Source: Mobula hypostoma
Taxonomy: Eukaryota
Assembly (NCBI RefSeq): GCF_963921235.1
Contig: NC_086109.1
Coordinates: 37,078,001 to 37,142,000 of the forward strand
DNA: 64,000 nucleotides
Direction: 5' to 3'
This document shows positions 48,886 through 62,124 of this stretch, one piece after another (within the stretch, counting starts at the first letter, position 1; the number at the start of each line of letters is the position of its first letter). The position numbers were made by a program, and so were the translations under genes. The notes under the pieces were generated by a model. The model was not told where the DNA came from and did no database searches. It saw only the letters and a list, made by a program, of their open reading frames with translations.

Positions 48886-51800
48886 CCATAAGACATAGGA
48901 GCAGAATTAGGCCATTTGACCCATCAAGTCTGCTCCACCATTCAATTATGGCTGATCCTATTTTCCTCAACCCCATAACCTTTGATGCTGTGTCCAATCA
49001 AAAAACCAATCAAGCTCTGCTTAGATACACCCAACGACCTGGCCTCCACAGCTGCCTGTGGCAATAATTTCCACAAATTCACCACTCTCTAGCTAAAGAA
49101 ATTTCTCTGCATCTCTGTTTTAAACTGTGCTCCTCCATCCTGAGGCTGAGCACTCTTGTCCTAGACTCCCTGACCGAGGGAAGCATCCTTTCCACATCTA
49201 CTCTGCCTAGGCCTTTCAACACTCAAAAGTTTTCAATGAGATCCCCCTCATCCTTCTAAATTCCAATGAGTACAGTGCCAGAGCTATCAAACGTTCCTTG
49301 CATGATAACCTGTTCATTCCTAGAATCATCCTTGTGAACCTCCTCTGAACCCTCTCCAATGTCAGCACATTTTTTCTTAGATGTGGACCCCAAAACTGTT
49401 CACAATACTCAAGGTGAGGCTTCACCAATGCCTTATAAAGCCTCAGCATCACACCCCTGCTCTTATATTCCAGACCTCTTGAAACAAATGCTAACATGGC
49501 ATTTGTCTTCTTCATCGCCGGTTCTACCTACAAGTTAACCTTTTGGGTGTTCTGTACAAGGGCTGCTTAGTCCCTTTGCATCTCAGATTTTTGGATTTTC
49601 TCTCCATTTAGAAAATAGTCTGCACATTTATTTCTACTACCAAAGTGCAGGACCATGCATTCACCAACATTATATTTCATTTGCCACTTTCTTGCCCATT
49701 CTCCTAATCTGTCTAAATCCTTCTGCAACCTACCTGTTTTCTGAACACTACCTGCCCCTCCACCAATATTCATATCATCTGCAAACTTGGCAACAAGGCC
49801 ATTTATTCCGTCATCTAAATCATTAATATACAGCATAAAAGAAGTGATCCCAACACCCACTTCTACGAAACATCACTAATCACTGGCAGCCAACCAGAAA
49901 CTGATTCATTTATTCTCATTCACTGCTTCCTACCAATCAGCCAATCTTCTAACCGTACCAATAACTTTTCTGTAATAACATGGGCTCGTAACTTGATAAG
50001 CAGCCTCATGTGTGGCACCTTGTCAAAGGCCTCCTGAAAGTCCAAATATACAACATCTATTACATTCCCTTTTTTAATCCAACATGTAATCTCCTCAAAG
50101 AATTCCAGCAGGTTCATCAGGCAAGATTTTATCTTAAGTAAATCATGCTGACTTTGTCTGATCTTGTCCTGTGAAACCAACTTTACCATAACCTCATCCT
50201 TGACAATTGACCCCAACATTTTCCCAACCACTGATTTCATAATAACTGGTTTCCTTTCTGCTACTTTTCTCTTTTCTTAAAGAATTGAGTGACATTTCCA
50301 ATTTTCCAGTTCTCTTGTACCATGCCAGAGTCCAATGATTTTTGAAAGATCATTACTAATGCCTCCACAATTTCTTCTGCTACCTCTTTCAGAACCCTAG
50401 GGTGCAGTTCATCTGGTCTAGGTGACCTATGTACCCTTAGGTATTTCAGCTTTTTCAGCACCTTCTCCCTTGTAATAGTAACTACACTCACTTCTCTTCC
50501 CTTGCACCTTTCAACATCTGGCACACTACTAGTGTCTTCCACAATGAAGACTGATGCAAAATATTCATTTAGTTCATCTGCATCTCCTTGTTTGCTGGTT
50601 TCATTTTCTAGCTGTCCTATATCCACTCTCATCTCTCTTCTATTTTTTACATATTTGAAAAAGCTTTTACTATCTGCTTTGATATTGTTTGCTAGCTTGT
50701 TTTCATATTTCATATTTTCCCTCCTAATGATTCCTTTTGTCACAATGGCGGGGGCATTGGGAGCAAGGGTGGACCCAAAAGCAAGACACATCTTGTGAAG
50801 TTACTTAGATTTAGTTTATTGTTCGATACCAGGAGAGCTAGGCAGGAGCAGGAGTAGCGAACTGGACAAGGACTGAGGACTACGACTAGGCTGGGACCAA
50901 GGGTCTGGGCTATGACTTGGAATCGGCTCCTAGAACTAGAGGAGACATGAGGAGGCTAGGATATGGACTCCAAGCCTGAGACTAGGCAAGGACCCAGTAT
51001 CTGGGTCTTGCCTCGGGCTCGGACCCCAGAACCAGGCAAGGACATGACATGGGCTAGGGAGAGGGGGAACATGGGAACACAGAGCCTCGGTCTCGGGACA
51101 GCAGGTACATGGAACCATGGACACATACACAGAACACAGAGTCGGGACCCCTACATGGGTACAGGACATAGGGCCGGGACTCACACACAGAACAGAGAGC
51201 CGGGACCCCTCCTTGGGTACAGGACATAGGACCGGGACTCATGACTCTCCGCGGGGCAACAGCAAGATGGCCAGACTTACCCCACGGAGGCGAGGATAAG
51301 ACAAGACAAGACATGAACCCCCGCTGGGCAATGGCAAGACGGCCAGACTTATCCCATGGAGGCGAGGACAAGACAAGACAAGACTAACACAAATGAACAC
51401 CAGACAGTACCTATCTAGCTCCGGTGATGGAACTAGACCGAAGTGCAGGCAGGGGCTGCAGACGAGGGCTAGAGGTGAGAGGAGCAGAGAAGGGATTCAG
51501 ACAAGGGGGTAGGACAGGAATCACAGACCGCCAGGGCCAGGACTTGACTCAGAACTGGGAAGCCGCCAGGGCCAGGACTTGATTTGGTGCTTGAATACCG
51601 CCAGGGCCAGGACTTGACTTGGAGCCTCCGGGTAGTGGTGAGCTCTCGACTCGACCCGGGAACAGTAGACAGTCATTCTTGATTCCCTCCGGCGAGTTAA
51701 CTGACGGACCCACCTTGGTGAGGAAACTTTGCAGGCTTGCTTTGGTGAGGTAACTTGACAAGGTTGCTCCAGTGAGGAAAGGCGAATTACTGGCACTCGC

Positions 51801-53195
51801 TTCAGGCGGAGACTAGGCTTGCTCTGGCCAGATGACATTGGCACGCCGTACCTTGGTGACTTTGCAAATGCTCCCGCGCCGAACGGCTGAAAGCTGGAGA
51901 CTATAAACTACCGGTTCAGCTGAGTGTTAATTGCCTCTAATCTCCAAAGTCAAGGGACACGGGAAAACAGGGAATCAATGGTCCAGATCGTAACATAAAC
52001 AAGCTAAATTTAAAGGGACCCCGATCCGGACCATGACACCTTTAGTTGCTCTCTGTAGTGTTTTAAAAGCTTCCCAATCCTCTGCCCGCTAATTTTTGCT
52101 TTGCTGTATGCCCTCTGTTTTGTTTTTACATTAGCTTTCACATCCCTTGTCAGCCACAGTTGTACTATTTTGCCATTTGAGTATTTCTTTGTTTCTGGAA
52201 TACATCTATCCTGCACCTTCCTCATTTTCCCCAGAAACTTACATCATTGTTGCTCTGCCGTCATCACTGCCAGCATCTCCTTTCAATTTACTTTGGCCAA
52301 ATCCTTTCTCATACCATTGTAATTTCCTTTACTCTACTGAAATACTGCTACATCAGACTTTACTTTCTCCCTATCAAATTTCAAGTTGAACTCAATCATA
52401 TTGTGATTACTGTCTCCAAAAGCTTCTTTTACCTTAAACCCCCTAATCACCTTTGGTTCGTTACATAACACCGAACCAGTATAGCTGATCCCCAAGTAGG
52501 CTCAACAACAAACTGCTCTAAAAAGCCATCTTTTAGGCATTCAACAAACTCACTCTCATGGGATCCATTTCCAACCTGATGTACCCAGTCAACCTGCACG
52601 TTGAATTTTCCCATGACTATCATGACATTGCCCTTTTGACACACCTTTTCTATTTCCTGATGCAATTTGGAGTCCACGTCCCAGCTACTGTTGGGAGGCC
52701 TGTATATAACTGACATCAGGGTCTTTTTACCCTTGCAGTTTCACACAACAATCCTATGTCACACCATTCTATTGACTTGATGCCATTCTTTACCAGCAGA
52801 GCCACTCCACTCCCTCTGCCTACCTCCCTATCCCTCCAATACAGCACGTAACTTTGGACACTCAGCTCCCAATTACAACCATCTTTCACCTACGATTCAG
52901 TAATGGCCACAACATCATACCCAACGATCTGTAAAAGTGCAACAAGGTTATCCACCTTATTTCTTATACTCTGTGCATTGAGATATAACACTTTGAGTAC
53001 TGTATTTGTTACCCCTTTTGATTCTGCATCACTAATGCACTGATATTCACCTTGCTGACTGAAATTATGTCCTATCATCTGCCAACCTTCCTGACACTCT
53101 GACTGCATGCCATCTTTGCTTTTTCACCATCCGTCCTGTCCAAAGTCTCTTCACTTCGGTACCCATCCCTCTGAATGCAAGGTCATAAGAAGGTA
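48886..53195 (-). mobile_element. Near-complete CR1 ORF2 region, decayed, split by an LTR
   Basis: Reads VLYLNAQSIRNK...YDVVAITES, VIYRPPNS, RPDELHPRVLKE, YLDFQEAFDKV and FADD. (TCTTATGG) tail at ~48886. Confidence 0.9.
50738..52038 (-). mobile_element. Solo-LTR-type element (1.3 kb) with perfect 5-bp TSD CCTTT
   Basis: TGTCACA...ATGACA termini, with CCTTT at 50733-50737 and 52039-52043. AATAAA on the minus strand near 50820. The host CR1 resumes after it. Confidence 0.9.
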
Positions 53196-53199
53196 AATT

Positions 53200-54845
53200 A
53201 TAGAAACATAGAAACATAGAAAACCTACAGCACAATACAGGCTCTTTGGCCCACAATGCTGTGCCGAACATGTACTTATTTTAGAAGTTACGTGGGGTTA
53301 CCCATAGCCCTCTATCTTTCTAAGCTCCATGTACCTATCCAGGAGTCTCTTAAAAGACCCTATTTTATCTGCCTCCACCACCATCGCCAGCAGCCCATTC
53401 CACGAACTCACTACTCTCTGCATAAAAAAACTTACCCCTGACATCTACTCTGTATCTACTTCCAAGCACCTTAAAATTGTGCCCTCTCGTGTTAGCCATT
53501 TCGGCCCTGGGAAAAAGTCTCTGACTATTCACACAATCAATGCCTCTCATCATCTTACACACCTCTATCAGGTCACTTCCCATCCTCTGCCGCTCCAAGG
53601 AGAAAAGGATGAGTTCACTCAACCTATTCTCATAAGGCATGCTCCCCAATCCAGGCAACATCCTTGTAAGTCTCCTCTGCACCCTTTCTACATCCTTCCT
53701 GTAGTGATGTGACCAGAACTGAGCACAGTACTCCAAGTGGAGTCTGGCCAGGGTCCTATATAGCTGCAACATTACCTCTCGACTCTTAAACTCAACCCTG
53801 TGGTTGATGAAGGCCAATACACCATATGCCTTCGTAACTACAGAGTCAACCTGTGCAGCAGCTTAGAGTGTCCTATGAACTCAGACCCCAAGGTCCCTCT
53901 GATCCTCCACAATGCCAAGAATCTTACCATTCTATATTCTGCCATCATAATTGACCTACCAAAATGAACTACCTCACACTTATCTGGGTTGAACTCCATC
54001 TGCTCCATCTGCCACTTCTCAGCCCAGTTTTGCATCCTGTCGATTTCCTGCTGTAACCTCTGACAGCCTTCCACACTATCCACAACACCCTCAACCTTAG
54101 TGTCATCAGCAAATTTACTAACCCATCCCTCTACTTCCTCATCCAGGTCATTTATAAAAATCGCGAAGAGAAGGGGTTCCTGAACAGATCCCTGAGGCAC
54201 ACCACTGGTGACCAGATTCCATGTAGAATATGACCCATCTACAACCACTCTTTGCCTTCTGTGGACAAGCCAGTTCTGGATCCACAAAGCAATGTCCCCT
54301 TGATCCCATGCCTCCTTACTTTCTCAATAAGCCTTGCATGGGGTATCTTTTCAAATGCCTTGCTGAAATCCATATACATTACATCTACTGCTCTGTCTTC
54401 ACCAATATGTTTAGTAGCATCCTCAAAAAATTCAATCAGGCTCGTAAGACATAACCTGCCTTTGGCAAAGCCATGCTGACTATTCCAATCCATATTTTGC
54501 CTCTCCAAATATTCATAAATCCTGCATCTCAGGATCTTCTCTATCAACTTACCAACTACCGAAGTAAGACACAGTGGTCTATAATTTCCTGGGCTATCTC
54601 CACTCCCTTTTTTGAATGAGGAAACAACGTCAGCAACCCTCCAATCCTCCGGAACCTCTCCTGTCCCTACTAATGATGCAAAGATCATTGTCAGAGGCTC
54701 AGCAATCTCCTTCCTTGCCTCCCACAGTAGCATGGGGCACATCTTGTCGGGTCTAAGTGACTTATTCAACTCGGTGTTTTCCAAAAGCTCCAGCTCATCC
54801 TCTTTCTTAATGTCTATATGCTTGAACTTTTCAGTCCACTGTAAG
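53200..54845 (-). mobile_element. CR1/HER1 LINE, 5'-truncated
   Basis: Reads NYRPLCLTS, YMDFSKAF, GVPQGSV and FADDTK, with a (TTTCTATG)n tail. Confidence 0.9.
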
Positions 54846-55654
54846 TCATATGAAAGAATCCATCTCATCAAACTTGAGAATCATTCATGACAGCAGGTTA
54901 GAAGTTATTCCGGTGCTACATGCTTTCAAGCTTTTATATCTTCTGCCCAATGAGAAGAGGGAGAAGAGAGAATAGCTAGGGAGGATGGCATCTTTGATTA
55001 AGCTGGCTACTTTACTGAGGCCGCAAGAAGTATAGAAAGAGTCCTTGAATGGGAGGTTGGTTTTCATGATGCACTTTGCTGTGTCCACAGCGTTCTGCAG
55101 TTTTTAATGGTCATGCCAGAGAAGTTGCCACACCAAGTTGTGATGCTTCCAGATTGGATGCTTTCAATGATGCATTGACATAAGTTGGTGAGGTTTAAAG
55201 AGTTCACGCTAAATTTCCTTAGACTCCTGAATAAGTGGAGGTACGGGTGAGGTTTCCTTTCGGTGGCATCTATGCTATTGGTGCTGTTCACTTCTAGGAA
55301 CTTGAACCTCCCAACCCTCTCAAAGTCAACATCATTGATATAAACAGGAGCACATGTAATGTGCTTCCCCCTCTTCCAGAACTCAGTGAGCAGCTCCTTT
55401 GTTTTGCTGACATTGAGGAAAAGATTGTGGTCGTAGCTCCATGTCATTAAACTCTCCCCTTCCTGTATTATTATTTGAGATACAGCTCATTACAGTGCTA
55501 TCATGTGCAAACTTGTAGATCAAGTTGGAGCAGAAGTTAGCCACATCGTCATGAGAATACAGGGAATAGAGTAGGGGGCTGAGGAAGCAGCCATGTGGGG
55601 AATCAGTGTTGAGAATAATTATGGCAGAGGTGTTGCTGCCAATCCTAATTGATC

Positions 55655-56773
55655 ACAGGAAGTGTTGTCCCAGATATGATTGGCAGAAAACAGAGAGTGG
55701 GAATAAAGTGGGAATATTCTGGCTGGCTGCCAGTTACCAGTGGAGTTCCACAGAGGTCGGTGTTGGGTCCACTGCTTTTTACGATGTATGTCAATGATTT
55801 GGACTATGAGATTAATGGATTTGTGGCTAAATTTGCCAATGACACAAAGATAGGTGGAGGAGCGGGTAGTGTTGAGGAAGCAGAGAGCCTGCAGAGAGAT
55901 TTAAATAGTTTAGGGGAATGAGAAAAATAGTGTCAAATGAAATACAATGTTGGAAAGTGTATGTTCATGCACTTTGGTGGAAGAAATAAACAGGCAGACT
56001 ATTATTTAGATGGGGAGAGAATTCAAAATACAGAGGTGCAAAGGGACTTGGGAGTCCTTGTGCACGATACCCTAAAGGCTAACCTCCAGGTTGAGTTGGT
56101 GGCAAAGAAGGCGAATGTAATGTTGGCATTCATTTCTAGAGGTATATAATATAAGAGCAGGGATGTGATGTTGAGGCTCTATAAGGCACTCATGAGACCA
56201 TACTTGGAGTATTGTGTGCAGTTTTGGGCTCCTTATTTTAGAAAGGATATGCTGACATTGGAGAGGGTTCAGAGAAGATTAACAAGAATGATTCCAGGAA
56301 TGAAAAGGTTACCATATGAGGAACATCTGGTAGCTCTTGGGCTGTATTCCCTGGAGTTCAGGAGAATGAGAGGTGATCTCATAGAAACATTCCGAATGTT
56401 AAAAGGCCTGAACTGGTTAGATATGGCAAAGTTATTTCCCATGGTAGGGGAGTCTAGGACAAGAGGGCACGACTTCAGGATTGAAGGACGTTCATTTAGA
56501 ACTGAGTTGCGGAGAAATTACTTTAGTCAGAGATAGTAAATATGTGGAATATGTTGCCAAGAGTGGCTGTGGAGGTCAAGTCATTGGGTGTATTTAAGGC
56601 AGAGATAGATAGGTTCTTGATTAGCCAGGGCATCAAAGAGTATGGGGAGAAGGCAGGGAAGTGGGGATGACTGGAAAAATTGCATCAGTCCATGATTGAA
56701 TGGCGGAGCAGACTCAATGGGCTGAATGTCCTACTTCTGCTCCTATATCTTATGGTCTTATGGTCTTACGGTC
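55655..56773 (+). mobile_element. CR1 3' fragment
   Basis: Reads GVPQRSVLGP, FANDTKIGG and LYKALMRPYLEYCVQFW, with a (TCTTATGG)n tail. Confidence 0.9.
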
Positions 56774-57665
56774 TCAGAGTTTCAAGAGGAGTTTGTTTAG
56801 AATTATAGTATCGAGAACAGAGCTGTTGTCAATGAACAGTCACCTAACATAGGTACTTTGCCATCCACATGCTTCAGTAAAGGGACAGCAAGATGCCTTC
56901 TGCCATAGAACTGCTTTGGTTGTAGGCGAATTGAAGTGGTTCAGGTTTGTCTGAGTGGCTAGAGTTAATGCGTGCCAAAACCAGCCTTTCGAACAACTTC
57001 ACAATGCGGATGTTAGAACCACCAGGCAGTACCTGGTTTTCCTTCGGTGCTGCGATGATGGTGGTCTTCTTAAAGAAGGTGGAAATCTCAAACTGAAGCA
57101 AAGAGAGGTTAAAAATTACTTCAAGTATCACCACAAGTTGATCTGCATGAAAACTAAGGCTGGGGATAGTATCTCTGCAAGATGTTTTCCAGAAGTTCAC
57201 TCTCCAGAACATTGATCTTACATCTGTCATGTTGACTGGGGCTTTAGATGCATTGGAGGCTGCTGGTGTAAGTGGTGACCTTCTGATACCTTTCCGTTCA
57301 AGACATGCATAGAATACATTGTGCTCATCGGGAAGAGAGGCAATGTGACTAGCCATGCTGCCTGACTTTACCTTGTACCCGGTTATAGCACATTAGCCCT
57401 GCCCCAACTGGCAGCTGGTCTGAGATTCAATTTCAGACTGGTATTGTCTTTTGGCATCTTAAATAGCTTTACTGAAGCCGTACCTTGATTTCTTGTGTAG
57501 GTCAGGGTCACCTAAATTGAATGCTATCATCCTAGATTCAGCCAGAAGTGCATCTCCTAGTTAACCATGGTTTTAAGTTTAGGAATACCCGGAATGTCCA
57601 CTTTGGTATACAGACTTCAACACACTTTCTAATAAAGCCTGTGTTGCTGGTGACGTACTTATCTG

Positions 57666-57931
57666 AAACAAGAAAGAATCTGCAGATGCTGGAACTCCAA
57701 GCAACACACACAAAATGCTGGAGGAACTCATTAGGCCAGGCAGCACCTATGGGAAAAAGTACAGCGATGTTCTGGGCTGAGACCCTTCAGCAGAACTGGA
57801 GTCAACCTTTCGGATTGACACCCTTCGGCAGGACTGTACAGTCAACATTTCGGGCCGAGACATCAACTGTACTTTTTTTCCATGGATGCTGCCTGGCCCG
57901 CTGAGTTCCTCCAGCATTTTCTGTGTGTTGC
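57666..57931. mobile_element. Foldback Penelope-derived mini-element with three tandem hammerhead-like units
   Basis: Inverted arms ~57701-57770 and ~57860-57931. Flanks ACGTACTTATCTG and ACATACTTAACTG (11/13 TSD). Confidence 0.8.
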
Positions 57932-58719
57932 ACATACTTAACTGCTTCGCTGCTGAATCTCTGCACATGGACCAGTCTGCCAAATCAAAGCAGTCACAAA
58001 GAAGCTCATCTATTCCCTCCAACCAGCACTGTATGACTTTCTGCACTCCTCCTCCCTGCATTTCTGTTTCCGTGTGTGTATGCAGGGAGAAGGAGCACAA
58101 CCGACCACAATGACTTACCAAACTGCAGATGGGGATAGCTCAGTAGGCATCTTTGATGGTAGGTCAGTGATGGTCAAAAGTGTTTGAGTTCCTGTTGCGA
58201 TGGAGGACGTGCTAAAGCATTCTGGTAATATGTTCTTGAAGTTAGCTTAGATGAAGTTACCTTTGATGAACAGAGCTGCAGGGTACCCCGCTTCAAGGCT
58301 GTTACTCACTGAATATAGGCCATTGAGTGCAGCCTTCAGTGTGATGTAGAATACAATTAGGATAGCTGAAGTGTACTTCCATGGCAGGTAGAATGAGCAA
58401 CATTTCATCATTAGATCTTCCAAGTTGTATGAGCCTTTAGATCACTGAAACTTTTAGAAATAAAAGTTAGAATTTTCAAACTTTTAAATTTAAGTGATCA
58501 ATCAGTTAAATTATTTATAATGCCATCAGAGTAGATGACAGAATAAATTAAAAGTACTATGAGTGTTATAACATTATCACTCATTGAAGATAAGCTTCCT
58601 CTGCCTGGCAAGAGAAGAAATATTCCTTCTTTCCTTTAACAAAAGAGCAGCATTTAGGCAAAAGTGAGGCCCTTCTCATTATTATTACATGTCAATAAAC
58701 AGATTTATGTTGACACATA

Positions 58720-59120
58720 AACACTTCTCGGGCTTCTTGCCAGGTACAGGTATTGACTTTAATCATTGTTTGGATGGCAAACTCTGTCTTCTTCATAAGA
58801 AATGATGCCTGGACGTGTCTAGTTCAGTGGTATACATACCCCCGTCGTCCATCCCTCCTGATTGAATTCCAGTTCTTACTTAGAGTGAGACCTTTGTCTT
58901 TGTTAAAATTCTTTTTCTCTAGTTTTATTTCAATGGCTTATTCACCGGGCAGTCCCGAAAGCCATTGGTGTGGCATAGTAGTTTTATGTTGCCGAAGTCA
59001 ATCCTCTGGCCATAGTGAATGCAATGTTTTGCTACCACCAATTCCTCTGGGTAGCCCAAACAGATACACCTGATGTGCTTCTTGATGCAGGTTTCCACCG
59101 AGCTCCCCATCTGGCAGATA
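58720..59120 (-). mobile_element. Penelope-like element of a second lineage (GIY-YIG C-terminus and terminal repeat)
   Basis: Reads Q.G.SVETCIKKHIRCICLGYPE...VAKHCIHYG.RIDF and AIEIKLEKKNFNKDKGL.LSKNW. Confidence 0.7.
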
Positions 59121-59664
59121 TTTACTTTTCTGCATTCATATAAACACCAGCTATCCTGAGTCCCAGGTCATCTTTTTTTTACATTTATGGCTGCTCTAAC
59201 CACAAAATCACATAATATCTGAAATACATTTCTGGTAGAAGGAAAGCATCTTCTCAGATGCAGGATAATCACTTCACAACAACTCATTGAAACTTAATGT
59301 AGCCCATATTAATTTCATTTTCACATTTATGAAGGAAATGTAATTAAAGATTCTAGTGGTAATTCTCCATATATTCAGTAGTCCAGGGAGTTTTATTCAC
59401 TGAAACCATTTATTGAGATCCTCGAATAAAAAAACAGTAAACGCTTTAACTGCTTAGCAAATCAGCCAGTTTCTGTGGAGAGAGGAACATATTTAACCAT
59501 GAAGATTGATGATTATTTAGTAAGACTGTAAGCCTCAAATATATATAGAAGATGATTTTTCAACTATGATATTAAGAGGAAGAGAAATGCAAAATATGTT
59601 GTAGGAAGCAAAATAATGAAACAAATCTGTAATTCACTAATATGGTTTAAATATTTTGGTTTGC

Positions 59665-61970
59665 TTAGCCACATGGTCAAAAGTGTAAAGTGAGTAGAGC
59701 AGGGAGTTAAGCACACAGCCTTGTGGAGCACCTGTGCTCATACAGATTGTGGAGGAGATGTTGTTACCAATCCAAACTGACTGAAGTCTTCAAGTGAGGA
59801 AATCCAGGATCCAATTCCACAAGAATGTATTCCGGCCAAGGACTTGAAGCTTATTGATTAGTTCTGAGGTAGTGATGGTATTGAATACTGAGCTGCAGTC
59901 ATTAAAGAGCATCCTGATGTACAGTATGTATTTTTGCTGTCCAAGCGCTCCAGGATTGAGTGAAGAGCCAGTGAGATGCCATTTGTGGACCTGTAGGAAA
60001 ATTAGTGTGTGTCAGGCAGGAGTTGATATGTTTCATCATCAATCTCTAAAAACATCTCATCACTGTAGATTTAAGTGTTGCTGGATGATAGGCATTGAGA
60101 CAGGTTACTACTTTCCTCCCAGGCCCCATTCTAAGTGAAGTTTGCTTGGAGCAGGAGGGTACTTCTGACTGCCAAAATGAGAGGTTAAAAATCTCAGTGA
60201 ACACTCCAGCCAGTTAATCAACATAGGTCTTTAGTACTCGGCCAGGTGTCCTGTCTGGGCCAGATGCCCTTTGTGGGTTCACCCTGACGAAGGCTGCTTG
60301 CACATTGGCCTCAGAGAACGAAATCACAGGATTATCTGGGGCTGTGGGACTTTGCTATGGTTCTCCCATGTTTTGATGGTCAAAGTGAGCATGGAAGACA
60401 TTGACCTCATCTGGAAGTGAACACCTGTTGTTTCCTATGTCACTTTATTTATTTATTTGTTAGTTTGTTTATTTCTCTATTTATTTATTGAGATACAGTG
60501 TGGAATAGGCCCTTCTGGCCCTTTAAGGCACGCCATCCAGCAATCCCTGGATTTAATCCAAGTCTAATTTAATCCAAATCATGGGACAAGCTACAAATTA
60601 ACCTGTACGTCTTTGGACTGTGGGAGGAAACCCACACAGTCACGGGAAAAGACACAAACTGTTTACAGGCTGCAACGAGAATTGAACCCGGGTCACCTGC
60701 AATGAAAAGCATTGTGCTAAGTGCTTTGTGCTTTCTGGAGATCGTATCTGGACCTCTTGTGACATCCTTGGTCACCAGACTTGAAAGCCTCCAACCTGAT
60801 ACTCAGCAGACTGCGAATCTTATGGTTCATCCAGGACTTCTGGTTGGGAAGACTCTGAATGATTTTACGGGGATGCACTCATCCAGAACTGTTTTAATGA
60901 AGTCCATGACAACCATGGTGTATTCATTGACATCACTGAGGCTTTGAACACAGCCCAGTCCACCAACTCGAAACAATTCTTCCCTGCATCCTGCAAACAC
61001 TTCTTAGTTGTACTAATCTCTGAAGATTTGCTCTTTAGCCTCTGCCCACATACAGGTAGGGAAAGGAAAGCAAGTAATCAGATTTACCGAAATCTGGTCT
61101 GGGTATGGAATGGTAGGCGTTCCTTATTTTAGTATAACGGTGGTCTAATGTGTTGGTGCTACAGGTTATATGCTGATGTTAATTGGATAGGGTTTTCTTC
61201 AAACAAGCCTGATTGAAGATCCCGACTATGATTTGAAAATCATCAGGATGGATTGTTTCTTGTTTGAAGGCAGAATCAGGCAATATTGCAAGCTCTTGAA
61301 TATAGTCTGCCACTCTGGTATATAAACTGCTGTCAAGATTATGGAGGAGAACTCCCTAGGTAAATAGAACTGATGACATTTGACTGTTAGGTCTTCAAGA
61401 TCAGTGGAATATGAGTTCGACAAAACCGCCACATCGGAGCATTACAGATAGTTTATCATGAAACACATGCCTGCACACTTTGCCTTTAATGAATCAACAG
61501 TTCAGTCCATTCTGTGAAACAAAAAGCCTTTGCGTCAGATCACTGTATATGGTGCGCTGTGAATAAGCCACATCTTGGTCAAACATAGAACACAACAATC
61601 TCTCATTTCCCTCCAATACAGCAATCTTGCCCTCAGGTCCTCAATTTTGTTGTCCAGTGCCTGCACATTTGCTAACAAGATGCTGGGTAGAGGGGCCTCA
61701 TCTTTTTGTGTTGTAGCCTGGTTTGGAGTGCCCCCCTCCTGACTCACTTCTAGTGATGGTGATGAATCTTTGTCCACTTAAAGTTGCCGTACCAGCTTGT
61801 TTGAGAGCTATGTCTGCTGAGTGTTATCTGTAGATCATAAAGACAATTTAAATGTGTCTTTCCTAAAGGAAACTACATGCTACAGATTGCAGTGAGAGTA
61901 ATTCAGAAGAGGTATATTCAGAAAGATTGTATGTAGCCTGAAGAAGGTCACCATGGTTCACCAGCACCAT
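59665..61970 (-). mobile_element. Old Rex1/Babar LINE including endonuclease start
   Basis: Reads LPSILLANVQALDNKIEDLRARL...CCVLCLTKMWL and YLPREFSSIILTAVYIP, with a decayed RT region at 59.7-60.3 kb. Confidence 0.8.
60444..60722 (-). mobile_element. V-SINE (HE1-like)
   Basis: Reverse-strand B-box GGTTCAATTCT, V-domain-like TTTCCTCCCACAGTCCAAAGAC and (AAAT)n tail. Confidence 0.8.
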
Positions 61971-62124
61971 CTTATTCTTGTTTCTACCTGACCCTGGCTC
62001 ACTGAACTTGTATCTACATACCCTAACTCCATTTTATCCCACTTGGTTCAGTCCCTTCCCAGCTAGATGTGCCAAAGGATCTGTTTCTACACTGGAGTGT
62101 TCTATGACTATGACTCTATTGCCT

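Larger units (their letters stand above)
54885..58030 (-). mobile_element. Old Rex1/Babar LINE hosting a CR1 and a Penelope derivative
   Basis: Reads LNVSKTKELL.EF, IESIQSGSITTW, LPDEHNVFYA and KLFERLV...PLQFAY. Confidence 0.75.
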
